This document shows positions 1-12,734 of a DNA stretch of 64,000 nucleotides, in pieces. Location of the stretch: assembly GCF_006345805.1 (NCBI RefSeq), contig NC_042998.1, forward strand, positions 207,700,001 through 207,764,000. The letters are read 5' to 3'. The DNA is from Octopus sinensis (Eukaryota). The notes beneath the pieces are model-generated. The model was not told where the DNA came from and searched no databases. It saw only the letters and a list, made by a program, of their open reading frames with translations. The first letter of the stretch is position 1; the number at the start of each line of letters is the position of its first letter. The translations under genes and the position numbers were made by a program.

Positions 1-162
1 ATGTGTAAACACCATGTTTGCCCAGTGTTGCACCCTGTCGGATTCCCAGACGCAGCATCTCTAGTTCTTTATCCGTTATCAATGGAAAATATCTGTATAT
101 ATATTTGTATACACACACACATACAAACACACGTACACACACACACACACACACATATATAC

Positions 163-463
163 TCAAAATAAGTAACAAGAATGACTCCGGTAATTTGGTA
201 CGGTCGTTTCGTACTACATCATTTTATTAAATGTAAGTATTACAACAGTTTTAAAATGCTGAGCACTCATCAGCCAATTATAGAGGTTTTCCATTAATAC
301 AAAAATTGATATGAGAATTTTTGTATTAATGGAAAACCTCTATAATTGGCTGATGAGTGCTCAGCATTTTAAAACTGTTGTAATACTTACAACATTTAAT
401 AAAATGATGGAGTACGAAACGATCGTACCAAATTACCGGTGTCATTCTTGTTGCTTATTTTGA
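163..463. repeat. Fold-back palindrome (arms ~145 bp, 8-nt loop 308-315) of a Penelope-like pLTR fragment
   Basis: 163-307 is the reverse complement of 316-463 with about 4 substitutions and one 3-nt indel; unique tail 464-562 then (AT)n; (CA)n/AT on the left. Confidence 0.9.
344..434 (+). ncRNA. Type I hammerhead ribozyme (mirror copy on - strand at 192-279)
   Basis: aattgg-CTGATGA-GTGC...GTAC-GAAAC-GATC-GTA-ccaaatt: both core boxes, stem II GTGC/GTAC, palindromic GATC cap, stem I ttgg/ccaa. Confidence 0.8.
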
Positions 464-585
464 TTATAATCACCCCACGGATTTTTATGGATAACACCAT
501 TCAGAATTCTGGTGCATCTAAATTAAGTACCATATTCATTTGAATCTAAATTTTTGCTGAACGTATATATATATACATACACATA

Positions 586-810
586 TTCTTTTATTCTTTT
601 ACTTGTTTCAGGCATTTGATTGCGGCCATGCTGGAATACTGCTTTAAAGGGTGTTAGACGAAGAAATCGATCCCAAGACTTATTTCTTTGTAAACCTAGT
701 ACTTATTTTTATCGGTCTCTTTTGCCAAACTTCTAAGTTATGGGGGTCATAAACACATCAACATCGGTTGTCAAGCGATGGCGGAGGGACAAACACAAAC
801 ACACACACAC
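586..810 (-). mobile_element. tRNA-derived SINE family A, 3' half
   Basis: Matches the 3' part of the full copies at 4785-5195 and 41321-41725. Confidence 0.75.
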
Positions 811-888
811 TGCGTTCTTGTTTATTTTTTTATATTAATATATACATATAGCGGCGCGCGCACACCTTGCCCACCTTATATATATATA

Positions 889-1001
<113 letters not shown>

Positions 1002-1097
1002 TTATATATGAGGATAATATCGATATTTAAGTGTCGAAATTATCAAGTGGCCAGCATGAAAGAAATACCTTACAAAGGTAAAAAAATTTTTTTTAAC

Positions 1098-1883
1098 AAT
1101 TAAAAATGAGGGTGTCTAAAAGACACCAACATGCCGAAATAGCAGTCGAAACACTGAGTATAGTACCACGTTAAATGTTCATATCGCACCATGAGGTAAA
1201 GCGGAGGGACAAAACATACAAGCAAAAATTATTGAATAATTCAAGATCCAAGGATTTCTGGTTCTGCTTTAGATAAGCTTTACCGTCATCAATTGAATAT
1301 ATCAAGGGTACATAAATACAGATATATATATGCACAGCAAACGATATACTTACATATACGAGCGTTATCATACATACATATGCACGTATGGACACAGCCA
1401 GTCTGAATCGCCCGCCAAATCACCGCATAATCACGATATGGTTAAAATAAGCACCGCAGTGAATGACACTTAAATATCGATATTATCCTCATATATAAAT
1501 TTATATAATTCGTTATTATATTCACTGCGGTGCTTATTTTAACCATATCCTACTTATGCGGTAGTTTGGCGGGCGATTCAATGGCTGTGTCCATACGTGC
1601 ATATGTATGTATGTACGACGCTCGTATATGTAAGTATATCGTTTGCTGTGCATATATATTCTGTATTTATGTACCCTTGATATATTCAATTGATGACGCA
1701 AAGCTTATCTAAAGCAGAACCAGAAATCCTTGGATCTTGAATTATTCAATAATTTTTGCTTGTATGTTTTGTCCCTCCGCTTTACCTCATGGTGCGATAT
1801 GAACATTTAACGTGGTACTATAGTCAGTGTTTCGACTGCTATTTCGGCATGTTGGTGTCTTTTAGACACCCTCATTTTTAATT
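1098..1883. repeat. Fold-back palindrome (arms ~365 bp, spacer 1465-1519)
   Basis: 1098-1464 is the reverse complement of 1520-1883; right end abuts (AT)n. Confidence 0.9.
1684..1742 (+). ncRNA. Degenerate type I hammerhead-like motif (mirror on - strand at 1239-1298)
   Basis: attcaa-TTGATGA-c...a-GAAA-TCC-tt-GGA-TC-ttgaat: 6-bp stem I, 4-bp stem III; core has U3; stem II GGT/ACC intact only in the left arm. Confidence 0.55.
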
Positions 1884-2211
1884 ATATATATATATATATA
1901 TATAAATATAAATATATATACGATGGGCTTCTTCCAGTTTCCGTCTAGGAAGCAAGCTTATTACCACGCAGTCACGCCTGCGCCTATGTATATATTATAT
2001 ATGTGTGAGTGTGTGTGCGTGTGTGTGTGTTTGTATGTGTGTGTATGTGTGTGTGTAAACAAACTTTAAGTTAGTTCAAGTATGTAAGCGAAAAGTTTTA
2101 CTCCACGTTAAACTGCTGTGAAATTGCCTTTAGGAGTTAAAATATGTCATAACCATGTTTGAACTAATCAAAAGTTAGTTTATTTCTCATCGCTGCTTCG
2201 TGCTAATACGC

Positions 2212-2590
<379 letters not shown>

Positions 2591-2974
2591 ATCTATATAC
2601 ATATATATTTTCTAGATATATCTATATACACATACACACACATATAAAGCAAAGACAAAAAAAAAGACTTTTAACTTGAGCATGAATATATACACCCATC
2701 CACTCATACAAACGTCCGCTTTCACACACATACACATAGATATACACGTGTACACCAACATATTTTCCAACGAACCTGTATTCAGAAACTATGATAAATA
2801 TTTGTCAAATATTCAACGTGTGTAAATCAAAATCCGTGTATAAACTTACAAATAGATAAGTGAGAATTATAATTATGCATTGCTATACACAGATACACTA
2901 TTGATGCACACAGATATGATTATACATACATACATACATACATACATACATACATACATACATACATACATACA

Positions 2975-3005
<31 letters not shown>

Positions 3006-3043
3006 GTATGTGTGTGCGTGTGCGTATATATCTATATATGTAT

Positions 3044-3092
<49 letters not shown>

Positions 3093-3299
3093 CACTTATA
3101 TTTATTAACTAAGACACGCAGACGCCGTTGTAACAGGTGAATATATATGACGGTTGACGTACATAAATTCCAGGTGTGTTAATGGTATTATAGATACGGT
3201 GAACATATCTATAATTCTTTGGTTAGACATCGTATGCAGATACAGGCGTAGATATATTGTCCGTGTATATAATATCATCGTAGACAGTAAAAGAAATAT

Positions 3300-3341
3300 A
3301 TTGGATTAGTTTCATTCCATCGTCGGTATTTCATCAGCAAC
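3300..3341 (-). ncRNA. Degenerate hammerhead motif
   Basis: Minus strand gttg-CTGATGA-A-ATACC..GGAAT-GAAAC-TA-ATC-caat; one substitution away from GAAAC-TA-GTC. Confidence 0.5.
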
Positions 3342-3535
3342 TGAGTATCCTCTGTGACTATCCACGAATACGCTGCTAGGCGCCTGACCTCCTGGTTAGG
3401 GTATCGCACACGCGATCGCGAAATCACGATTTTGATTTCTGGACCGGACGATGCGTTGTGTTTTTGATCAAAACAAGCCATCGTTAAAGGCATGAAATTG
3501 TAATGATCCTTTGGGCGATAACTGATGAGAAATAG

Positions 3536-3568
<33 letters not shown>

Positions 3569-3648
3569 TACATACACACACATACATACACACACATACA
3601 TACACACACATACATACACACATACATACACACACACATACATACACA

Positions 3649-3686
<38 letters not shown>

Positions 3687-3924
3687 TTTAAAATAAGATA
3701 GAATCTTTATAAGAATTTATCAAGTAGTTAGCGTGAAAAAACATCATAAGAGAAAAAATCCACCGATTTTTTCACTTAAATATATTTATTTATAGTATAT
3801 AGAGGTCATTACTATACAATAATGCCACACGCTTGGAGGGACTCTTAAAGTCAAAATACCAAAATGAATAAACACATCGTACCGAATGCAACTCTCGAAG
3901 CAAGTAATTTAAAAACAGAATTTA

Positions 3925-3986
3925 GCTGCAGACCACGTGATTTCATAATTAGTGCAGTAATGCACTTTTTAATCCTCAGTGGAAGC
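3925..3986 (-). ncRNA. Degenerate hammerhead motif
   Basis: Minus strand CTGAGGA...AGTGCA-ttac-TGCACT...GAAA-TCACGTGG-TC-tgcagc; stem III cap resembles the 45217-45267 motif. Confidence 0.45.
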
Positions 3987-4406
3987 ATAATTCAAGTTAT
4001 ATAACGAATGAACAAAATCAACATACCAGACGAACCACCAATGTATCACGTAGCATAGAAATGTTCACCCTTTACACATCTATGTAAATGGCGGGCTTTT
4101 TCGAATTGCATTTCGGTTACAACGTGCTTATTCAGAATCTGTCCTTGTTTGTCCCCTCTATGTCTGGCCCCCTGTGGGCAATAAGGAAATAAATATTAAT
4201 AGCAGTAATATAGGCGGCTCACAGGTTTAATAGAATTATAAGCTATGAATTAAAAAAAATTAGCACGCAGGCGATGAGATACAGAATGCATCAACCTATT
4301 TAGAAATGAAAGCTAAAATCTCAATTTAACCACAGGAAGGCACCATAATAATTGAAAATGACAAAGAATTAAAAAGCATATCTATAAAGATTATGCCGTT
4401 CAGATG

Positions 4407-4464
4407 CTCATATACCATGGTTCCGGATTCTAGCCCGAAGGGCCTCGACCTTCTACAGTATGAG
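4407..4464 (-). ncRNA. Degenerate hammerhead motif
   Basis: Minus strand ctcata-CTGTAGA-A-GG...CC-G-GAAC-CATG-GTA-tatgag: perfect 6-bp stem I, palindromic CATG cap, two core changes. Confidence 0.5.
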
Positions 4465-4489
4465 TTACTGGGCAAAAAATTCCAAATCC

Positions 4490-6160
4490 GCAACGTTTAA
4501 AGTGCATGAACTAAAAGTTGCAGGAGGACGGGATAAATTATCTGCATCAACTTGCTATAAAAGCAGGTAGTAATTTTACACTGTAGCTTATTCTTAGTGC
4601 AAGTTTTGAGGAGTGCAGTTCGATTTTAATAGTTATTTCTTCAAGGCTATAATGGAAGTGACAAAGGAACATATTTGGCATATTTTGCTTTATGAGTTCA
4701 ATAAAGGCAACAACGCAACGGAAAGTGCGTGGAATATTAATGCAGTATATGGGGATCGGACAATAAGCATAAGCCAATGTCAACAGGCGCAGGAGTGGCT
4801 GTGTGGTAAGTAGCTTGCTAACCAACCACATGGTTCCGGGTTCAGTCCCACTGCGTGGCATCTTGGGCAAGTGTCTTCTGCTATAGCCCCGGGCCGACCA
4901 ATGCCTTGTGAGTGGATTTGGTAGACGGAAACTGAAAGAAGCCCGTCGTATATATGTATATATATATGTATGTGTGTGTGTGTTTGTGTGTCTGTGTTTG
5001 TCCCCCTAGAATTGCTTGACAACCGATGCTGGTGTGTTTACGTCCCCGTCACTTAGCGGTTCGGCAAAAGAGACCGATGGAATAAGTACTGGGCTTACAA
5101 AGAATAAGTCCCGGCTTCGATTTGCTCGACTAAAGGCGGTGCTCCAGCATGGCCGCAGTCAAATGACTGAAACAAGTAAAAGAGTAAAAAGAGAGAGTGG
5201 TTCCAGAAAGTCCGAGCCGGAAACTACAGCGTAGAAGACGAGCCTCGTCCTGGACGATTTGTAGAACACGGCGAGGATGTCCTGCAAACCCTGGTGGAAC
5301 AAAAAAAAAAAACAAAAAAACAATTGTAATTATTGAGAAACTAGCAGAGAATCTTGGATTTGGTCATTCAGACACCTGTATGCCATCATAAAAGCCAGCA
5401 AATTGGGTCAATGGGTTCCTCACAAACTTTTCGAGTCTAATCGAGCGCAGAGTGTGAATGAGTGCTTTTCTTTGCTGTCACGTCTCACGAATGAACCTTT
5501 TTTGGGGCGAATAATGACTGGTGACGAGAAATGGGTCCCCTATAAAAATACCAAACGCCGAAGACAGTGAGTAGGGAAAGGAGAAACACCTGCACCTGAG
5601 GCTAAAGAAAGTTTTCACTCATGTAAGGTGTTGTTATCTGTTTGGTGGGATATGAAAGGTTTAGTCCAGTTTGAACTTTTAAACCCAAACCAAGAGAGAT
5701 GCTGTGTGAGCAGCTTCAGTGGCTAAAGTCAGCGCCAGAAGGAAAACGACCATCTTTGGTTTCAAGACGAAAGATGTTCTTCCATCAGGATAATGCTCGG
5801 CCAAATACAGCGCGGATGACATTCCAAAGGTTGGAGCAGTTTGAATGGGAAACGACGCCCCACCCACCATATTGGTGGGACATTGCCCCATCTGATTATC
5901 ATTTGTTCTGCAATCTTCGAAATCATTTGGACAGGGAAAATATGAATTCTGTAGACGAGGTCAGAACAGTACTGGAGGAGTAATTTTTGTCACAGACAAG
6001 TGAATTTTGGAAGAGGGGCCTTGCAAGTCTATCAGAGCGATGGAAGAGCGTAGTAGAAAATGAAGAAGATCATGTTTTCGATTAAAAAAGAACTTTATCT
6101 TAATTTTGAAAAATTAAAAGAAGTATAAAAATAACCATATTATTTATAGGATGACCCAAT
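4490..6160 (+). mobile_element. Decayed mariner (DD34D) transposon split by a SINE
   Basis: N-terminus MEVTKEHIWHILLYEFNKGNNAT..CQ (4613-4784) resumes as WFQK..EDEPRPGR after 5195; WVPH, TGDEKW, HQDNAR and HPPY..DIAPSDYHLF motifs; right TIR-like end at ~6140-6160; stops and frameshifts. Confidence 0.9.
4785..5195 (+). mobile_element. Full-length tRNA-derived SINE family A
   Basis: Head ggcgcaggagtggctgtgtggtaag..ggttcagtccc, central (AT)/(GT) tract, (aaagagt)n tail; many copies in the window. Confidence 0.9.
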
Positions 6161-6163
6161 CTG

Positions 6164-6238
<75 letters not shown>

Positions 6239-6304
6239 CTTCTTATCTATATCTCTCTTTATCTCTCTCTCTATCTATATCTCTCCTATCTATCTATCTA
6301 TCTC

Positions 6305-6346
<42 letters not shown>

Positions 6347-6347
6347 C

Positions 6348-6381
<34 letters not shown>

Positions 6382-6398
6382 ATATCTATCTATCTATT

Positions 6399-6432
<34 letters not shown>

Positions 6433-6434
6433 AA

Positions 6435-6484
<50 letters not shown>

Positions 6485-7625
6485 ATACATACATACATCA
6501 TGCTTTATGTAGCCATACACGTTTTACATACTGCATACACACTTACACATACATATACCAACGTGTATATATAGCGTTTAATAGTATACATACACACACA
6601 AATTAAACATAAACGAATTACATTTTTCAATAAATATCACATACCAGAATCCTATAAATATTTTATAACTTTCCACTAAAATCCCTTCTTCATCAGTTCC
6701 TAACTAGTTGGCCATTTTTTAAAAGACATCAAAGAAAAGAAAGAAAAAATGCGAACATCCTTTTATTTTATGGTCATCACTGATAGAGTAGAAGCACTAA
6801 ACTATATTACTTCCATTTTTGTTGCTTTTTATCCAAATTTCAAAACTAATTTTGTTCTTGTTGTTGTTCCATTACTGCTGCTGCTGCTGTTGTTGTTATT
6901 GCTTATCCGTAGGTCAGCCACGATGGAAAAGATCTCTGCTGAAAAAGCGCTCCAGTCGTGTTCAACCGGTTTAATTAAATTTTTTTTTTGTCCGCTGAAT
7001 TAAATTTCACCAATCCTATCAAATCTGATTCAAATGGACAAAAGATCGTAACTCTCGATTTTGTTTTTTTTCTCCCCCGACCCTCGTTCCACTTTTTGCC
7101 TTTACCTTGCTCTCATGCATTCTTATTTTTTCGAAACAGACCAACCATGTTGTATATTTCAGTCTGAAGAAATATTTCTTGAAAACACAAAGCATCACAT
7201 ATAAGATTGTCAGTTCATTGTGATTTCACAGTATGAAACTAATAGCAACTCGAATTTAGATAATTTCTATGTATGTATATATGTATATATATGCGAGTGT
7301 ATATATATATGTGTGTGTATATATATATACATGTAAATACATAAATGCACACACACACACACACACACACCACACACATATATATATAAAATACAATGTA
7401 CATTTAAACACACTAAGAGGTGTCCATCATAGGACTACCTTACGCTACAAGGAACAGCTAAAGTCAAAACCACTAATTAGGGATAAATTCTCGAAGGGAA
7501 TGAAAAATACACACTGTATTTTATATGAATAATATATAGTCTATTGACTAATTTTTCTATACGCTCGGCCACTGATAGTAAAAATTTCTAAAATCATTAT
7601 TATCCCGATATTATTAATTAATCAA

Positions 7626-7681
<56 letters not shown>

Positions 7682-7741
7682 ATATATAATACGTATTATC
7701 TATATATAATATATATATATATATATATACGTATATATAAT

Positions 7742-7781
<40 letters not shown>

Positions 7782-7882
7782 CGTATATATATATATATAT
7801 ATATATAGATATATATATATATATATACGTATACTTATATTATATAATATATATAATATATATTATATATATTAATACGTAT

Positions 7883-7914
<32 letters not shown>

Positions 7915-8811
7915 AAGTATATATACGTATATATACGCATAGAACTCACGACACTTAGACAGATCACAGAGGCTATATACATAGCAGTAGAAGCCCGAGC
8001 CTCAACAGAAAACACTAATGGAATACGAATGGGACAATAACACCCACCGCCACACCACACAACATGACGACTAAAGACTAAAGACTAAAGACTGAAGGGA
8101 GAAAAAGAAAAAAGAAGATACAAACAACATAATACACATGCAATAGATATATATGCATATACCTATGATAAATATTAAAAAATTAGACACCAAAAAAACT
8201 GTATAAATACCATGGATACAAACAACATAAGAAGCGAACCCATACACAAACACTTCACAGACGTCCGTAACAACCAACTAACAGTGGCAACAACAACAAC
8301 AACAGCAACAATATCTACCACGATGGCAGCAGTGTGGGCGAACCCGCAAACACAGCGAGTTACAAGAACGGTACGTAAAGACGGATAAAAGGATAGCAGC
8401 GGCAGCGGTAAAGGGGTAGGGGACGGGGATGAGGAGAGGGTCATAGTGCAACTGAGAACAATGACACACAACACACACACACACACAACACACCACACAC
8501 ACACACATGTACGCATGTACACATACACCCGCAAGAACCGACGCATGCGCATGTAGGGATACACAACGTAGAGAAACATAATGGAGCAAGCAGAAAAAGA
8601 GCACACACGAAGACGGAATGAGTTGCTGAGGAGGTCACAGATGTGTGACGAAAATAATTCCGGGCAATGGACATGAGTTAGAGTAGGAACAGTAATAAAC
8701 GAGTGAAGAATGAATATATATTGCGTGTTATGATTTGGCAAAAAAAAAAAAAAAAAAAAGAAAAAACAAAAGACCATCCGAATACAATATATACTATATA
8801 TATATATATAC

Positions 8812-8844
<33 letters not shown>

Positions 8845-9401
8845 CTATATATATATATATATATTATATCGATACACATATTGTTTCTTGTCAGGAACAA
8901 AAAAAGGTTTAATAGGACTGCAATAGAAGTGCTCTATTGGAAGAGACAAAAATATCAACTAAAATCATTGAACAAGCAAATACAAAGCAACCGCATGTCA
9001 TCATAATTCGAACATTTAATTATAGAATAAACATATAACCCGCAAGATGGAACAAAAATTCATATATACAGCACGTAATAATAATAATATGGTATGGTGC
9101 GAGAAAAATTCTTATCATTAAAACTTAGAATTAATATTCTAGCGATTCAAGAGAATACATTTATAAAAGGACACTTAGAAAGTAAAATATAATATAAGTA
9201 ATATATAAAAATATAGGTATATAAAAATATAGGCATATAAAAATATATAAAACATATATAAATATATATACATATAGGAGCATATAAAAATATAATATAT
9301 ATATATATATCGTGTAAATAAAGTAAAATAAGGTTCATCGTTTAGAAATCTTAATCAGGTAAAATAAGCCTTATATATAAGAAGGAAATCATTTTTACTT
9401 A

Positions 9402-9478
9402 TCCCTATGGCCATTTCAGGGGTGTATTATGTTTAAAGCACTAGGGTGCATTCAGATAATACCTCCTTCGTCAGGGGA
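9402..9478 (-). ncRNA. Type I hammerhead ribozyme in a PLE-like fragment
   Basis: Minus strand tccc-CTGACGA-A-GG..GTATTA...TAATAC..CC-T-GAAAT-GGCC-ATA-ggga; starts next to (AT)n. Confidence 0.65.
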
Positions 9479-9640
9479 AAAAATATATATATATATAAAC
9501 GCAAAGATAGCCATCACGCACCAGGCCCGTACGGTGTTGTTTGCTTTCCCACTTTGGTATTCATGCACGGATAGCCCAAAAGATATATATATATATATAT
9601 ATATAATGTTGCTTGAAGCATTGTGTATTGTTTGTAAAGA

Positions 9641-9902
9641 ATAAAGTGTTTTGAATTGACACAACGCTGCATTATAAAACAAACAATGGACTAAAATAAC
9701 TTGTAATTTAATCATCCACAGTCTGATATGATATTTCGGAAATGCAAAAATTCCTTCTTCAGATATCCCTAGGAATTGATGGAGTCGCAGCTAACCGATT
9801 ATAACAGCGACTCCATCAATTCCTAGAAATATCTGAAGAAGGAATTTTTATAGTCCATTGTTGTTATTATAGTGCAGTGTTGTGCCATTCGAAACACTTT
9901 AT
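9641..9902. repeat. Older fold-back palindrome; right arm carries a ~47-bp deletion
   Basis: 9746-9788 pairs with 9807-9849 and 9641-9700 pairs with ~9845-9902; (AT)n on both sides. Confidence 0.8.
9725..9767 (-). ncRNA. Intact minimal type I hammerhead ribozyme
   Basis: Minus strand gatat-CTGAAGA-A-GGAA...TTCC-GAAAT-ATC-atatc; 5-bp stem I, 4-bp stem II, loopless ATAT stem III. Confidence 0.7.
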
Positions 9903-10383
9903 ATATATATAAATGTAACAATAATCCTTTCTACTATAGGCACAAGGCCAGAAATGGTTGTGGGGAGCGTGTTAGTCCACTATATAGATCCCTCTACTCA
10001 AGTGGCACTTATCGAATCGACCCCGAAGGGATAACAGGTAAAACTGAACTTGGTGGAATGTGAACTCAGAATTTCAAGACAGACGAAATGCGACAAATAA
10101 TTTGTTTGGTATTCTAACGACTCTACCGCTTCTTCGCCTTACGTGAGTAATGCTAATAATATTAATCAGAAGAAATGAAGAAACTGTTCCTTAATTTAAT
10201 TATCTACGGTTACACAAATTCTTCAAACTCTCCAAGGAAATGAAATGAACTGAAATGGAATGAAATAAAAGATGTGTGTATGAGGTCGAAAAGAAAGTCC
10301 TGTCGCGTTTCAAGATGAAAGAATCAAATGCTTCTTTGGTCTTTTAATCAAGATAATATTTCGTCTCAGTATTAATAACACAT

Positions 10384-10678
10384 GGAGGCGCAATGGCCTA
10401 GTGGTTAGAGCAGCGGACTCGCGGTCGCAGGATCGCGGTTTCGATTCCCAGACCGGGCGTTGTGAGTGTTTATTGAGCGAAAAACACCTAAAAAAGCTCC
10501 ACGAGGCTCCGGCAGGGGGTGGTGATCCCTGCTGTACTCTTTCACCATTCTCTCTTCTGTTGGCCTGCTCGCTTAGCCAGCGGGGTGGCGTCATTCGAAG
10601 GCTAAAACAATGCGAACGCATTGTGACCAGCGATGTATAACAACATCTGATGGTCTGGTCGGTCACGTGATCACGTGA
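10384..10678 (+). mobile_element. tRNA-derived SINE family B (tail type 2)
   Basis: Head ggaggcgcaatggcctagtggttagagcagcggactcgcgg..ggtttcgattccc with A/B boxes. Confidence 0.85.
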
Positions 10679-10699
10679 TTAATAACATAATCCTATCCA

Positions 10700-11075
10700 T
10701 CTGGCAAACTGTTGATCGCTCTGGCGTCAAATTCTCTTTTCCTCAATGTGTATTCTCGCATTATCGAATAAGAGCAACACCCGTTTGCAACTGACCATTG
10801 ATGGGCGCCTTTTTTTTTCAGCAAAGTTTGGCGAAATGCTTCCAACAGACGACAACACTTTTCCGCAATAACTGTTTCGATTTAGTTTAAACCTTCACGA
10901 TAAACGACACTCCTCACATTCCACCAATCGCGGAGCATAACATTTTCTGAGTGTAGTTCTAGTTTAGAGAAAGGTTCTCCTTTTTCATTGGGTGCTATCC
11001 AATACAATATTTATTGGCCCTGTTTATAAAGAAATCAGTTTCCATCACTTATGATGATCCTGCTGGGGTTCGGTA
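10700..11075 (-). pseudogene. Highly decayed mariner transposase remnant
   Basis: Minus-strand conceptual translation across frameshifts gives RIIISD.., ELHSENVML..WWNVRSVVY and a DNARIH motif. Confidence 0.5.
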
Positions 11076-11119
11076 CGGCAGCAAGTCTATTTTTCAACGA
11101 CGGCAACTCTTTGATTAAG

Positions 11120-11350
11120 GCGGCAAGCTGGCAGAAACGTTAGCACGCTGGACGGAATGCGTAGCCGTATTTCGTCTGCCGTTACGTTCTGAGTTCAAAT
11201 TCCGCTGAGATCGACTTTGCCGTTCATCCTTTTGGGGTCGATAAATTAAGTACCAGTTACGCACTGGGGTCGATATAATCGACTTAATCCCTTTGTCTGT
11301 CCTTGTTTGTCCCCTCTCTGTTTAGCCCCTTGTGGGCAATAAAGAAATAA
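11120..11350 (+). mobile_element. SINE family C
   Basis: ggcggcaagctggcagaaacgttagc..gagttcaaattcc..ggggtcgat; many copies in the window. Confidence 0.8.
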
Positions 11351-12062
11351 GAATAAGGTAGCCGCCAGGTATTGAGGTCAACAATATTCATTAAACCACC
11401 CCCCTCAAAATTGCAGACTCTCTGTCTAAATTGGGAACCATTATTGTCTCACCTTTTCATGAGCAATAGAACGGGTGACGGGTAATATGTTGGATAGAAG
11501 CGGTACTATTCTACGATACTATTTAAAGACTATGACCATCTCTATTGTATCTACCGACACTCCGTCGGTGACGGCAACGAGTTTCCCTGTTGATCCGATC
11601 AACGGAACAGCCTGCCCGTGAAATGAATGTGCAAGTGGCCGAGCACTCCACAGACACGCGTACCCTTAATATAGTTCTCAGGGAGAGCCAGTGTGACACA
11701 AAATGTGAGAAAGCAGATCCGTGAATTACAGGTACAACTCATTTTTGCGAATTGAGTGAAATAAATTGGAGCAACATAAAATGCAATTCCTTACTGAAGG
11801 ACGCAACGCGAATGTTGAGAATCGAATTCACGATGTAACGATCGCGAGCCAAATACAGCCGCGCGCCTTGCCTATTGTATATGGGAGACATAAAAGGGGG
11901 ACTGTGTAAGGTCCATGTCTACCTCTATTGTATTTTGAGAGGGACCACGAGGATATCTAAGAAATATTTCAATTTATAAAAGGGTTCTAGAAAGATTGGA
12001 ACTTCTCATCGCTTGATAACCTAACAACCGTCAACAACGCTACCCAGTCAATTAATTATGGA

Positions 12063-12447
12063 TGGAAGCATTCCGTCGGTTACGACGACGAGGGTTCCGG
12101 TTGATCCGAATCAACGGAACAGCCTGCTCGTGGAATTAACGTGTAAGTGGCTGAGCACTCCACAGACACGTGTACCCTTAACGTAGTTCTCGGGGATATT
12201 CAGCGTGACACAGAGAGTGACAAGGCCGGCCCTTTGAAATACAGGTACAACAGAAACAGGAAGTAAGAGTGAGAGAAAGTTGTGGTGAAAGAGTACAGCA
12301 GGGATCACCACCATCCCCTGCCGGAGCCTCGTGGAGCTTTAGGTGTTTTCGCTCAATAAACACTCACAACGCCCGGCCTGGGAATCGAAACCGCGATCCT
12401 ATGACCGCGAGTCCGCTGCCCTAACCACTGGGCCATTGCGCCTCCAC
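12063..12447 (-). mobile_element. Full-length SINE family B (tail type 1)
   Basis: Flanked by an imperfect caattaatta(t)gga duplication. Confidence 0.9.
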
Positions 12448-12734
12448 CAATTAATTATATGGACGGTGGAAGAGCAGAATCATTCGTCTTTGCCGGGATT
12501 TTGTCTGGGACCTTTACGTTCAGAACTCAGATCTCATCTAGGTTAACTTTGTCTTTCACCCCATCTCCCGTGGGGAATAAAATCCGTAAAATAAAGCACC
12601 ACTCAAGTACTGAGATCGAATAAGTTCATTATTTTCATCCGCAAAATTTTAAATCTTTTATTTCGTTATTTATTTGCTATCGCAGTTTGAAGACAATAAC
12701 GTGTTTGTTATGGGTTTCTAACGGACAAATCCCT

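Noticed and set aside
3522-3532. CTGATGAGAAA
   Set aside because: No stem II between the boxes and no stem I or III.
6615-6700. Minus-strand CTGATGA..GAAAAATGTA hammerhead-like motif
   Set aside because: Stem II and stem I do not form convincingly.
6913-6968. Possible exon SATMEKISAEKALQSCST
   Set aside because: Weak splice signals and only superficial kinase-like wording.
9827-9905. Plus-strand hammerhead formed from CTGAAGA with a downstream GAAAC
   Set aside because: Comparison with the left arm shows the true 3' half was deleted; the pairing is fortuitous.
10384-10460. tRNA-like sequence
   Set aside because: It is a SINE head: it runs into the SINE core, is multi-copy, and lacks a clean acceptor stem.
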